Source: Candidatus Peribacteria bacterium (GTDB lineage: Bacteria > Patescibacteriota > Gracilibacteria > UBA1369 > 2-02-FULL-48-14). From it: 64,000 bases of DNA. Each line of letters begins with the position of its first letter. Position 1 is the first letter of the stretch. A program made the translations under genes and the position numbers. Under the pieces are notes generated by a model, which worked only from the letters and a program-made list of their open reading frames with translations, was not told the DNA's origin and did no database searches. Location: NCBI GenBank assembly GCA_943354505.1, contig CALRCE010000003.1, positions 7,255 through 71,254 of the forward strand, given 5' to 3'. Shown here piece after piece: positions 53,611-62,923 of the stretch.

Positions 53611-55437
53611 ATGAAAAAAAAGAAACGACCTCATCTCAAATGGGCGCTCCTCGTGACGGGCGTCGCAGCCCTTGCTCTTGGAGGCACCGCCTTGGCTTAC
53701 CAAGCAGCCCACCTTCCCGAAGAAGCCTATGCGGCGAAGACGCGCATCACAGGTCTCTTTGACGAAACCCCAGCCTTGGAAGGCAGCTTCACGACCTTCG
53801 AAGCACTCGATGAGGCCACCCAAGAGTGGGCTCAGGCTCGCCTGTTGCAACCCCTCACCCTGACTTCCGAACGAGGTTCTCTGCCCGTGACCCTCACCGC
53901 TTTGGGAGTGAACCCAGGCTTCGACACCGTGGACCAAGAACTCAAAGAATTCATGAGCACCGCCAGTGCGTTTGAAAAAATCCGCACCTTCCTTTTTGGC
54001 CAAAGTTTCGAAGTGCCTCTTTCTATCGACCAGACTGTTTTCGACCGAACCCTCGCTGAAACCGGCTTCGAACAAGCGAACAAAAACGCCAGCTTCATGT
54101 GGGACGGAAAAGCCGTGACCATTCAGCCCGGCCAAATCGGCTACGCGATTCAAAAAGAGGAACTGCTCACCTTCCTTCAAAGCAGCTTCACTGAAGCAAG
54201 CCTGCCAGAATCCTTCACGCTGACCTTGCTCGCCGACGAACCCGAAGTCACCGACGCCGAATTGGTGGCCCTGCTCCCCACCGCCGAAGAACTCGCCACA
54301 AAAGTGGTGACGCTCCAAGACGAGTTTGGCAACACCTGGGACTTGGCCATGAAAGATCACTTGGATTGGGTCCTGCCCGCCGACCCATGGACTCTCGATG
54401 AAGCGGCCTTCGTGAGCTACGCCGAAAGCACCCTCGTGCCCGAAGTGGAAGAAGATCCCACGGGAGCGGTGATCACCCAAAACGAAGACGGAAGCATCAC
54501 CTTTGAAGGCAGCGCCCGCTTCGGAAAAGAATTGGACAAACTCGGCCTCTTAGATTTGGTGCTTGAAAAACTGATGCCCGAGTCCGAAGGCGCACCCATT
54601 GCTCTCCCCATCAACAAAGTCATGCCCGCCGTCACCGTTCCCGACGCGCTCAAAGAAAAAGGCATCACCGATTTGGTGGGCCTCGGCTACTCCGATTTTG
54701 GTGGGTCTCCCAGCGGACGCATCCACAACATTCAAACCGGGATCGCTCAATACAACGGCATCCTCATTGAGCAAGGTGCCGAGTTCTCCTTCATGGGCCA
54801 GATGAGTCCCGTGGACGCGGAACACGGCTTCCTTCCCGAACTCGTGATCAAAGGTGACGAAACCATTCCCGAATACGGAGGCGGACTCTGCCAAATCTCT
54901 TCCACGATGTTCCGCGCCGCTTTGTACACCGGCCTCCCCATCACCTCGAGACGCAACCACTCCTACGCGGTTTCCTACTACGCTCGTCCTTATGGGTACG
55001 GTTTGGACGCCACGGTTTACGATCCAGCCCCCGACCTTAAATTCGTGAACGACACGCCCGCCGCCCTCTTGGTTCAAGCCTACACCGACGGCAATTCAGC
55101 CTTCTATGTTTTCTACGGAACCAACGATCAGCGCACCGTGACCATGGAAGGGCCTTACGCCTACGACTACCGCTCCATTCCGGACTCCGTAATCACCTAC
55201 ACCGACAAGCTCGAACCCGGCGTCCAGGAGCTCAAAGAACACGGCCACACCGGCTTCACCGTGGCTTGGTACCGCATCGTCACCTACCCCACTGGCTCTA
55301 CAAGCACCTACGCCGCCACCGTCAGTGGAGTGAAGGAACAAATTCACTCCGTTTACGAAGCCCGCCCAGCCAAGTATTGGGAAGGACAAGCGGGGGCCAC
55401 CGGAGCAGACGCAGAAAGTGCCACCCCCAGTAACTAA
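53611..55437 (+). CDS. VanW-family protein (YoaR-like)
   Basis: 608 aa. N-terminal TM helix and a VanW core (GGGLCQISSTMFRAALYTGLPITSRRNHSY). Confidence 0.8.
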   Translation: MKKKKRPHLKWALLVTGVAALALGGTALAYQAAHLPEEAYAAKTRITGLFDETPALEGSFTTFEALDEATQEWAQARLLQPLTLTSERGSLPVTLTALGVNPGFDTVDQELKEFMSTASAFEKIRTFLFGQSFEVPLSIDQTVFDRTLAETGFEQANKNASFMWDGKAVTIQPGQIGYAIQKEELLTFLQSSFTEASLPESFTLTLLADEPEVTDAELVALLPTAEELATKVVTLQDEFGNTWDLAMKDHLDWVLPADPWTLDEAAFVSYAESTLVPEVEEDPTGAVITQNEDGSITFEGSARFGKELDKLGLLDLVLEKLMPESEGAPIALPINKVMPAVTVPDALKEKGITDLVGLGYSDFGGSPSGRIHNIQTGIAQYNGILIEQGAEFSFMGQMSPVDAEHGFLPELVIKGDETIPEYGGGLCQISSTMFRAALYTGLPITSRRNHSYAVSYYARPYGYGLDATVYDPAPDLKFVNDTPAALLVQAYTDGNSAFYVFYGTNDQRTVTMEGPYAYDYRSIPDSVITYTDKLEPGVQELKEHGHTGFTVAWYRIVTYPTGSTSTYAATVSGVKEQIHSVYEARPAKYWEGQAGATGADAESATPSN

Positions 55438-57677
55438 GGCCGACGGTCAGTCGCGAGTTCCATGAACACGTCCTCTAGATTTTTGTCCTTTGGCTGCACT
55501 CCTCTTTTTTGCAGCTCAATCACTTCACGAAAGCCAACCGAGTGGCCATTTAACATTTTAGGATAAGCATTGGCCAGTTCTGAATTCACACCCGCCTTCA
55601 GCAGTTCTGCCGCGCCAAAAAAATAGAAACGTTCGGCATAGGGCCGCAACTCTTCAAGAGCATGGTCTTTAAGGCTCCACCAGGAATCCCCTGCAATAAC
55701 TCGAGGGTCGTTGGCCAATTCTGGAGCTATTCCCGCTGCCACCATTTGCACAATGGACCAACCGGCGTAATGCTTATCATAAAGGGCAGCCACCTCCGGG
55801 CTCACAGACTCGGGCAACAAATCGTTTTTGAGTAAACACTGGATATCTAGAGCGTCAAACCGTTTGGGATAAGCCTCCACTTGCTCCACGCTCACGCCAC
55901 TGGCGATCCAGTCTAGAACGATATCGGTATCCAAGCCGGCCGGGTAAGCCAAGATTTTGTCTTTCAAGCTCGGGTCCTCATGAACAGCCAGCACCGCACG
56001 GAAAGAGAAATTCGAAGGCAAGGCAAGCACTTCTGCCGCGCCAATCCCATCCGTCAAAAGACTCTCCACTTCCCATCCACTGAAACGGTCTGGGAACGAG
56101 TTCACCGTTTTAGCTGGATATCCTTTCTCAATAAAACCCTCAATATCCCAAGGGCCAAAATGATTGTCAAAAGGCCGTACCACTTTGCGAGTCAAGTCAC
56201 TGGCGGCAAAATCACAAGCCGTTCTTGAGTCGTAACCCAATTGCATCCAAGAACTTGCTTCAGGCCCGTTAACGTCTTTACCTAAGCAGTCCTTAACTTC
56301 ATTTCCCCACATGTCGGCAGGAAAAGTTCGCGCAACGGCAGGACTGATCCCTGCCTCATACCAAGATTGACGATGGCTGAACCTCAAGAGAGTTTCAAAA
56401 GGGTCACCTTCTGGGTAAGTGAAATAGTCCTTCAACGGAATGCCAGAACTCAGAACTTGACCAAGATTTTCTTCAGCACAAAGGCCGTCTTTGTAAGGCC
56501 CAGCCAGCGCCGCACTTAGGTCTTTGACGGGAACGTCCAAACGAGCAAGGTCCATCAGCTGTCGAGCGAGAACATCAGAACCGCTCTCAGCGTCCGGGGA
56601 ACACAGCTCGGAGAGAGTGGGAGCGTAAGGATTTATGCTCCGGGGAGTGTAGCCATACTCTCGATACCAAGGAATATTGAGAGGCTCGATGCTGGGGTCA
56701 AATGACGCAGCCATAGAAGGGCTGACCCCTTTTTCTACAAAATAGAGGATCTCATCAAAAGTGAAACGAACATCATAAGCCAAATAGTGTTGAGCTTTCA
56801 AAGGAGGAGTCTTAGCATCAAGCACCCGAGCGATTTCTCCCACAGAAAAACGTCCAGCCAAAAAGGCATAAGGATTCACCTGCTCCGCTTGCAGTTTGCT
56901 GCTCACAAAGTAAACAATTTGGCTTGCAGAAAAAGCAGGGTCGAAAGCCGCCGCAACTTCTGTCCATACACTCGCACGGTGCATCAGGGCCACCTCCTCA
57001 AAATTGAAACGTTGAGGGTAGCTGAGCAAGGATTCAAAAGAGATTCCCTCATAGTTTGGACGTTCTCCAAAACGGGCACTGACTTTTTCCCGTTCTTTCA
57101 TGTAAGCAGCCACTTCCTCGGTCGCCAGCTCGGTTCTAGCCTTTGTAAGGTCGGTGAAGCAACCCCACTCTGAAGGGGTGAGCGTAGAAGTCAGAAAGCC
57201 TCCGTCATCACAGGAGCCAAAAATAAAGTCACGAGTGCAGTTGTGAGGCCCCACCTTGAGTTTTTCAGAACCAAACCCACTTTCATAAAGATCGTGACCA
57301 TTCCAGTACCCGACTTGAGAAGTGTGGGAGTCGGCAACACCAGAAGGAGTTTGCCCACGATAGACTTCATCATAAAAGAACGGAGCGTAAAACCTGTTGG
57401 GAGTGACGTAACCGGGCCCAGCACCAAGATCCGACCAACGAGGCTGAGCACTTGCATTGATACGCTCTATTTGAGCCTTAGCGTCCTCTTCGGAAGGAAA
57501 ATCTTCTGCCAACGCTCTCGCCATCGGGGAGCTCAAGGTCACACCACACTTCTCTTGAATCACCTGAATTTTTGCAGAAAGCATCTCGAGGGAACCCGGT
57601 TGAGCTAAAAGAAGAGGCAGGAATTTGGGGCTCCCTTTCACTAGGTTACCGATGGTGCTCAGGATGTTCGATCCCAA
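55434..57677 (-). CDS. Orphan protein built of about 16 tandem ~25-residue helical repeats
   Basis: 747 aa. The ORF-track start is a TTG, so the start is uncertain. Repeat units have the form [YF]PxRF..[ED][IV]..L...G[VI].[PA]E.A.A across residues ~220-730. The N-terminal ~215 aa form a Cys-containing domain of unknown type. Confidence 0.5.
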   Translation of the reverse strand: MGSNILSTIGNLVKGSPKFLPLLLAQPGSLEMLSAKIQVIQEKCGVTLSSPMARALAEDFPSEEDAKAQIERINASAQPRWSDLGAGPGYVTPNRFYAPFFYDEVYRGQTPSGVADSHTSQVGYWNGHDLYESGFGSEKLKVGPHNCTRDFIFGSCDDGGFLTSTLTPSEWGCFTDLTKARTELATEEVAAYMKEREKVSARFGERPNYEGISFESLLSYPQRFNFEEVALMHRASVWTEVAAAFDPAFSASQIVYFVSSKLQAEQVNPYAFLAGRFSVGEIARVLDAKTPPLKAQHYLAYDVRFTFDEILYFVEKGVSPSMAASFDPSIEPLNIPWYREYGYTPRSINPYAPTLSELCSPDAESGSDVLARQLMDLARLDVPVKDLSAALAGPYKDGLCAEENLGQVLSSGIPLKDYFTYPEGDPFETLLRFSHRQSWYEAGISPAVARTFPADMWGNEVKDCLGKDVNGPEASSWMQLGYDSRTACDFAASDLTRKVVRPFDNHFGPWDIEGFIEKGYPAKTVNSFPDRFSGWEVESLLTDGIGAAEVLALPSNFSFRAVLAVHEDPSLKDKILAYPAGLDTDIVLDWIASGVSVEQVEAYPKRFDALDIQCLLKNDLLPESVSPEVAALYDKHYAGWSIVQMVAAGIAPELANDPRVIAGDSWWSLKDHALEELRPYAERFYFFGAAELLKAGVNSELANAYPKMLNGHSVGFREVIELQKRGVQPKDKNLEDVFMELATDRRP

Positions 57678-57780
57678 GGGTGGGGAGGTTTAGGAGTGTG
57701 TATTCTAGCATAGTTAAAATTCCTGTCAACTACGCCACGCTATTGTTTGTATTAGCCACAAGAGTAGCGGAATAAATGCT

Positions 57781-58413
57781 CTATCGTCGCTTGCTCCCCA
57801 CGCCAAAGCCTCCCGCACTCACAACATGGATAGTGCCCTCCCAGCGTCCAGCAGAATCCGCCCAACTTCGAAGGTGAGCAGTATCAAGAGCAGCCTGGGC
57901 AAGTCCTTTCTCGTCACGCAATCGAGTGCCAAGCGCATGCTGCTGGGGTCTTAGAGGGTGCGGAGCAGCGTAAGAAACCAAGGGAAACCGCACAGGAAGG
58001 CCATTTTCTCTAGATACACCAGCCATCCCAGGGTACCTGGGGTGCACGGCAGCCCCAAGGTCATAGGCAAAGGTTCCGATCACACGATCTCTCAAACTTT
58101 CGCCTAGAGTTGAAGGATCAAAACCTCTCTGCACGAGAAGGTGAGCACCCGTCGGGGCATCCTTTAAGCCCCCTTTCACCTTGAGCGCAGAAAAACGTTC
58201 GGGAGTGGACCTTGAAGGGATCCTTGTTTCAAGGGTAATTCCTCTTTCGTGGTAAACGTGTTGAAAGGCCGCAAGCAACTCATTGTCGAAACCAGGCAGG
58301 TCAGGAACCTGAAACAAGTCCTCCGCCACTTCTCCAGCAACCAAACCTCGCAGAAGCTCTTGATTGAGCACAGGGGCAGCGGCCAATCGTTCTGAATCAA
58401 CACGGCCTTTCAT
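57781..58413 (-). CDS. Hypothetical protein
   Basis: 210-aa ORF with no recognisable motif and no TM helix or signal peptide. Confidence 0.4.
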   Translation of the reverse strand: MKGRVDSERLAAAPVLNQELLRGLVAGEVAEDLFQVPDLPGFDNELLAAFQHVYHERGITLETRIPSRSTPERFSALKVKGGLKDAPTGAHLLVQRGFDPSTLGESLRDRVIGTFAYDLGAAVHPRYPGMAGVSRENGLPVRFPLVSYAAPHPLRPQQHALGTRLRDEKGLAQAALDTAHLRSWADSAGRWEGTIHVVSAGGFGVGSKRR

Positions 58414-58516
58414 AAAAAGAGGATAGGCTACAACTTAGAGTATATTATATTATAAAAACAAAGCAAGTCAATAGAGCAGGCCGCCACAAAAGGTGCCGCC
58501 TCGCAAGGCTCTCCAT

Positions 58517-58544
58517 TTGCCTCTATAAAGCCATCGATTACAAT
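58517..58544 (+). promoter_or_regulatory. Sigma70-like promoter for the aminotransferase-like gene
   Basis: TTGCCT (58517-58522), 16 nt, TACAAT (58539-58544). Confidence 0.4.
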
Positions 58545-58571
58545 TATGACTTAGATTTAACATTCCTCCCC

Positions 58572-59894
58572 ATGATAGATCTCAATGACCCAGAAGCAGT
58601 GGACGCTCAGTACGAACGTTATAGGGGCCATCGTGGCGCCTACACCGGCGCGGGAATGGGCAACTTAGCACGCCGTGACGGGCACTATCTAGTGGACACG
58701 GACGGAGTCCCTCATCTGGACGCCCACAGCCAAATTCTGTGCAGCATTTTGGGAGGAAGAAACACGACGGCGGAGGTCAGCACTCTCACTGATCATACAG
58801 GCCTCAATGCGGTAGGAGCCGACTTCACTCATTCCTACATTGATGAGCTGCGCGGACGTTTGCAGCGGCACTTGGCCGCAGAACTAGGTGGCGACTACGA
58901 AGTGGAATTCGCTTCCAGCGGAACCGCTGCCAACACCGCAGCTCTACGGGTGAGCCAAGCTGCTTTGGAAGGGAAAATGCACGTCATGGGTCTGGACGAA
59001 GGCTATCACGGGAACGGAGCCACGCTCTTTCTTTTGCGACATCCCGCTTGGCAGCAACCTCATGGATCAGATTTACCCAGCAGACTGCCAGTGAGCTTCG
59101 CAGGCTTTGAAGAAACCTCAGTGGGAAGGAATTTTTTTGAGGATTACGTAGCAAAAACCGAAGAAGACCTTGCTCGCGGCTTCTCTCCGCATTTGATCGC
59201 CGAAGGAGGAGTACAAGGAGTAGCCGGATTCCGAAACATCGATCTCGCGAGTCTACAAGACATGGCCAGAGACGCTCACCGCCGTGATGGACATGTCCAC
59301 TTCGATGGAGTACAAACCCAACCCTGGCGCACCGGCACCGGACGCTTCTTCCCCGCCGGCCTCGTGGACTCCAGCGATCCTTTGACCATCCCTGACTTCG
59401 TAACCAGCGCCAAAGGCTCTGGAGACGGCGAACCTCTTGCTTGGGCGGCATTTCGTAAAGAAGTGATGGAGGCAGCACGAGCCAACGGCCTTGGAAAAGG
59501 TTACGACACCTACGGGCAAACCATTCGTGGAGCAGTGGCAGGAATCCTGGTGGATGAGGCCGTTTCCGACCCCGCTTTTCAAGGCAATGTCCGTGCCCGT
59601 GGAGAACAAATCGAAGCTGGTTTCGCTGAACTCATGGCTCGCTTCCCTGGCATTGTGACCGGTCAAAATGGCATGGGTCTGATGCGTGCTCTAGACTTGA
59701 GGACGCCTGAAAACGTAGCTGCCTTCCGCAGAATTGGAGTCAGTGGCCCTGCGCGTTTGAGAATGGTCGTGGGCGCAGGCGGTCTTCGAGGCAACATCTT
59801 GCGTTTTGGTCCACGTCTGGACATCACCGAAGAAGTCGCCGCAAACCTCCTCAGTCGCACAGGTGGTATCTTAGAGCAAATGGAACGAGCCTAA
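58572..59894 (+). CDS. Divergent class-III PLP aminotransferase-like protein
   Basis: 440 aa. SSGTAANTAALRV, EGYHGNG and FDGVQT..RTG are present, and TSAKGSGDG carries a candidate Schiff-base Lys. The usual DE.Q motif reads DGVQ. Confidence 0.6.
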   Translation: MIDLNDPEAVDAQYERYRGHRGAYTGAGMGNLARRDGHYLVDTDGVPHLDAHSQILCSILGGRNTTAEVSTLTDHTGLNAVGADFTHSYIDELRGRLQRHLAAELGGDYEVEFASSGTAANTAALRVSQAALEGKMHVMGLDEGYHGNGATLFLLRHPAWQQPHGSDLPSRLPVSFAGFEETSVGRNFFEDYVAKTEEDLARGFSPHLIAEGGVQGVAGFRNIDLASLQDMARDAHRRDGHVHFDGVQTQPWRTGTGRFFPAGLVDSSDPLTIPDFVTSAKGSGDGEPLAWAAFRKEVMEAARANGLGKGYDTYGQTIRGAVAGILVDEAVSDPAFQGNVRARGEQIEAGFAELMARFPGIVTGQNGMGLMRALDLRTPENVAAFRRIGVSGPARLRMVVGAGGLRGNILRFGPRLDITEEVAANLLSRTGGILEQMERA

Positions 59895-60691
59895 AGCCCT
59901 TTGAGTCTCTCTTTGAGATCCTCATTGTAAGGATCCATATCGAGCAGCTCTTCGAGCATTCGTTTGGCACGCTCCACGTCTCCGAGGCGTTCGTAGTAAT
60001 CCGCCAAGATGAGCTTTAAACCCTCATCTTTAGGTTTGCGGCGAGCGGCACGTTCAAAGTTGTGCAGGGCTTTTTCATCTTCCCCGAGTTCGAAATACAC
60101 TTGAGCCAAACTTTGTAGGCGTTCGGCGCGGCGGTCATCGAGCGAAATAGCGTTCTCGTAGGCTTCAGCGGCTTCGATCAAACGCTGTTGTTGGTACAGC
60201 GCTGCACCCAGGTTGCTGAAGTAAACAGGGTCTTGTTTGAGGTTCACGAGCTTAGAAAAATACAATTCCGCATTCTGAAAGTCGCCGCGCTTCATGTACA
60301 AAAGGCCCAGCTTATGATGAGCATCCAAGTGACCCGGCTCCTCATTCAAGATGGCGATGAGCAAAGGCTCTGCTTCATCCAACTGGTTGCGGCCAAAAAA
60401 AACATCCGCACGTAGAAAGGCTTTGCGAACGCCGCCTTCGAGATCCGGGAGCTCCTCTTCTTGAGCGGGCAGCACGGCACAAGGCACACGTTCTTCCTCC
60501 GGAGCGACTGCACGCACGGGTTCAGCGTTGTCAGAGGGGAAATCTTCCAAATCTTCACTCGCGAACTCACCACGCTCTTCACTCAGCAACTTCACTTGCA
60601 GCTTCAAATCTTGCCGAGTGAGGCGCAGACGACGAATGAACATGAGGCTCAGGCAGAACCCGGAGAGAAAGAGGAGGATATAAGCAATCAT
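59891..60691 (-). CDS. TPR-repeat protein with an N-terminal TM anchor
   Basis: 266 aa. N-terminus MIAYILLFLSGFCLSLMFI followed by about 5 TPR-like units (A..YF.KA..L.P). Confidence 0.65.
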   Translation of the reverse strand: MIAYILLFLSGFCLSLMFIRRLRLTRQDLKLQVKLLSEERGEFASEDLEDFPSDNAEPVRAVAPEEERVPCAVLPAQEEELPDLEGGVRKAFLRADVFFGRNQLDEAEPLLIAILNEEPGHLDAHHKLGLLYMKRGDFQNAELYFSKLVNLKQDPVYFSNLGAALYQQQRLIEAAEAYENAISLDDRRAERLQSLAQVYFELGEDEKALHNFERAARRKPKDEGLKLILADYYERLGDVERAKRMLEELLDMDPYNEDLKERLKGL

Positions 60692-60702
60692 CAGGTTGAA
60701 AT

Positions 60703-61578
60703 TTAAGGGACAAAGGGCAAAAGCAGGTTTTCAAGCAAAAGCTTGGCATTCACATTGTTGCGCAGGGCCAGTTTAGCATCTTCGGTCTGATCTAGCACGC
60801 GGCTAAAATCCAGATGCGCCAAAGCTTGATGCGACTCCCTCGAAAGCAGTTGAGTGCGGCAACGGCGCAGCAGCACATCCAAGAATTCAGAGAGTAGTTC
60901 GCCGCCTTCGTACTTGCGGGTGAGAGCAAAAACCCGCGCGGTTTGAGGACGTTCCATGAACTCCGTGAGGTCTCGAAGCATGGTTTCGTGGGCGTCCAAA
61001 TAAGCGGTGTCGTTCATGAGCCTCAGCAGTTTGCCGGGCCGCCCCATCGCAAAAAACAAGAGGCGTTGCGAAAGCGGATGACCTTCTAAAAGGGGAAGCA
61101 TGGTTTCATCCGGAAGCGTCTGAAAAAAATGCACCTGCGTGCGGGATCGAATCGTGGGCAACACGTCTTCTTCATGGTTCGCCGTGAGCAGAAACAAAGC
61201 CCCCGGATGAGGTTCCTCCAAAGTCTTGAGCAGTGCATTGCAGGCCTCTGCTTTGAGACGGCCTAGATTCTCAATCACCACGATCAAGTAGGGCTTTTGG
61301 TGACCTTGGTTGCAACGCTCCACGATGCTGCGCACCACTTCAATGCCCAAGCCCTCACCGGTGTCTAAAAACAAAAGTGTGTCCGGATCCAGACCTTCCA
61401 GAAGGTGTTTTTTTCCAAGAACCTTATCCTCCGCTCCTTGCAAAGTCACCGCCAAAGTCAGCGCGGCTTTGGTCTTACCAACATGCTCGGGCCCCAAAAA
61501 CAAATGCGCATGATGGAGCGTGCCGCGCGCCGCATCTTTTTGTAGTTTCTCAAGAATAGTTTGATGTCCAACGAGCAT
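60703..61578 (-). CDS. holB: DNA polymerase III delta' subunit
   Basis: 291 aa. Motifs HAHLFLGPEHVGKTKAA and NALLKTLEEP. Confidence 0.8.
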   Translation of the reverse strand: MLVGHQTILEKLQKDAARGTLHHAHLFLGPEHVGKTKAALTLAVTLQGAEDKVLGKKHLLEGLDPDTLLFLDTGEGLGIEVVRSIVERCNQGHQKPYLIVVIENLGRLKAEACNALLKTLEEPHPGALFLLTANHEEDVLPTIRSRTQVHFFQTLPDETMLPLLEGHPLSQRLLFFAMGRPGKLLRLMNDTAYLDAHETMLRDLTEFMERPQTARVFALTRKYEGGELLSEFLDVLLRRCRTQLLSRESHQALAHLDFSRVLDQTEDAKLALRNNVNAKLLLENLLLPFVP

Positions 61579-61581
61579 GAT

Positions 61582-62856
61582 TTAAGCGTGACGGGACCAA
61601 TAGCTATCTTGCCGCACCAACAGCTCGCGCGCCTCTTCGGGGTGTTTCATGCACATCTTCACCAAGTGCTCCATGCGGACTCGATTCTGCGAACCCTTGG
61701 CCAGCACCGTGTCGTGTTTGTCTAGAATTTTGCTCAAAAATTGCCCCGCCTCTTTGGAGTGACTGAAGACGTGAATCATCGAGGCGGACATGCCGCCGCG
61801 TTGCGCGCCTTCCGCCAAGTCCTTGGCGTGCTCGCCGACGGCGAGCAGCATGTCCGCATGTTCCGCAGCCAACTTGCCCACCTTGATGTGTTCGCTCACC
61901 GACAACTCACCGAGTTCATTCATCGTTCCAAGCGCCGCAATTTTTCGCCCATGAAACAGACTCAAAATCTCCAACGCAGACTCCATGGTATCTGGAGAAG
62001 CATTGTAGGTGCTGTCCAAAAGCAAGGAGCCATTCTTGCCCTCAATCCGGTTCATACGACCCGGAGGCAAACGGAAGTCTTCCAAGGCTTTTTGGATCGC
62101 CTTCCACGGCATGCCGTTCACAAAGCCCACCGCCACGGCCGCCAAAACCAAAGTGATGTGAGCCTGCCCCAAAATGTGTGGCATGCGCACAAACAAGTCC
62201 CGTTGATCGTAAGAAAGCGTGAACATCAGTCCTTCGGTGGTCATTTCGATGTCTCGCGCTTGCAGGTCGGCTCCATCTTCCGTCCCAATCGTGATGCTGT
62301 GGGCGGGCAATTTGCCTTCCAGCTGACGAACAAAAGGGTCGTCATGATTCAAAATCACCCATCCCCCCGGGGGCACCGCCACCACAGCTTTGGATTTTTC
62401 TTCGTACACCGCCTGGCGATTGGCAAATTGCCCATTGCCAATGTGCACATTTTTCACATTCAAAAATACCATGATGTTCGGCGTCAAAACCTTCAAGATC
62501 TCGTCCATGTCTCCGGGCTTGTCCACCCCCATTTCCAAAACCAACATCTGATACCGTTCAGGCATTTTAAAAGCGTCCCAAAGTGCGCGCCAGAAGACCG
62601 AAAGCCACGCCGTAGCCGAAGAGTAACCCGACTTGAGCCCCAAAATGGTGAGCACCGTGCCAAATTCCGTGTTCAAGTTTTTTTCACTTTTTCGAACACT
62701 GAATCGTCGAGACAAGACCTCCGCAATCGCATCTTTCGCTCCAGTTTTCCCCACGCTGCCCGTGATGCCCACAATCAAAGGATGGATTTGGCTCAGCCTT
62801 CGCTTGGCAAGGAAGCGAAGAAGTTGCAGGGCCCATTGCTTGAAAATGGCTTTCAT
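61582..62856 (-). CDS. murF: UDP-MurNAc-tripeptide--D-Ala-D-Ala ligase MurF (short N-terminus)
   Basis: Start trimmed to MKAIFKQ. Motifs GITGSVGKTGAKD, MGVDKPGDM and DSTYNASPDTM. Confidence 0.8.
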   Translation of the reverse strand: MKAIFKQWALQLLRFLAKRRLSQIHPLIVGITGSVGKTGAKDAIAEVLSRRFSVRKSEKNLNTEFGTVLTILGLKSGYSSATAWLSVFWRALWDAFKMPERYQMLVLEMGVDKPGDMDEILKVLTPNIMVFLNVKNVHIGNGQFANRQAVYEEKSKAVVAVPPGGWVILNHDDPFVRQLEGKLPAHSITIGTEDGADLQARDIEMTTEGLMFTLSYDQRDLFVRMPHILGQAHITLVLAAVAVGFVNGMPWKAIQKALEDFRLPPGRMNRIEGKNGSLLLDSTYNASPDTMESALEILSLFHGRKIAALGTMNELGELSVSEHIKVGKLAAEHADMLLAVGEHAKDLAEGAQRGGMSASMIHVFSHSKEAGQFLSKILDKHDTVLAKGSQNRVRMEHLVKMCMKHPEEARELLVRQDSYWSRHA

Positions 62857-62923
62857 AAGCAGTAAATTTGAGGTTTGAAGACTAGCAGAAAGAGGTCTAA
62901 AATACAAATGAACACTCCCGCCC

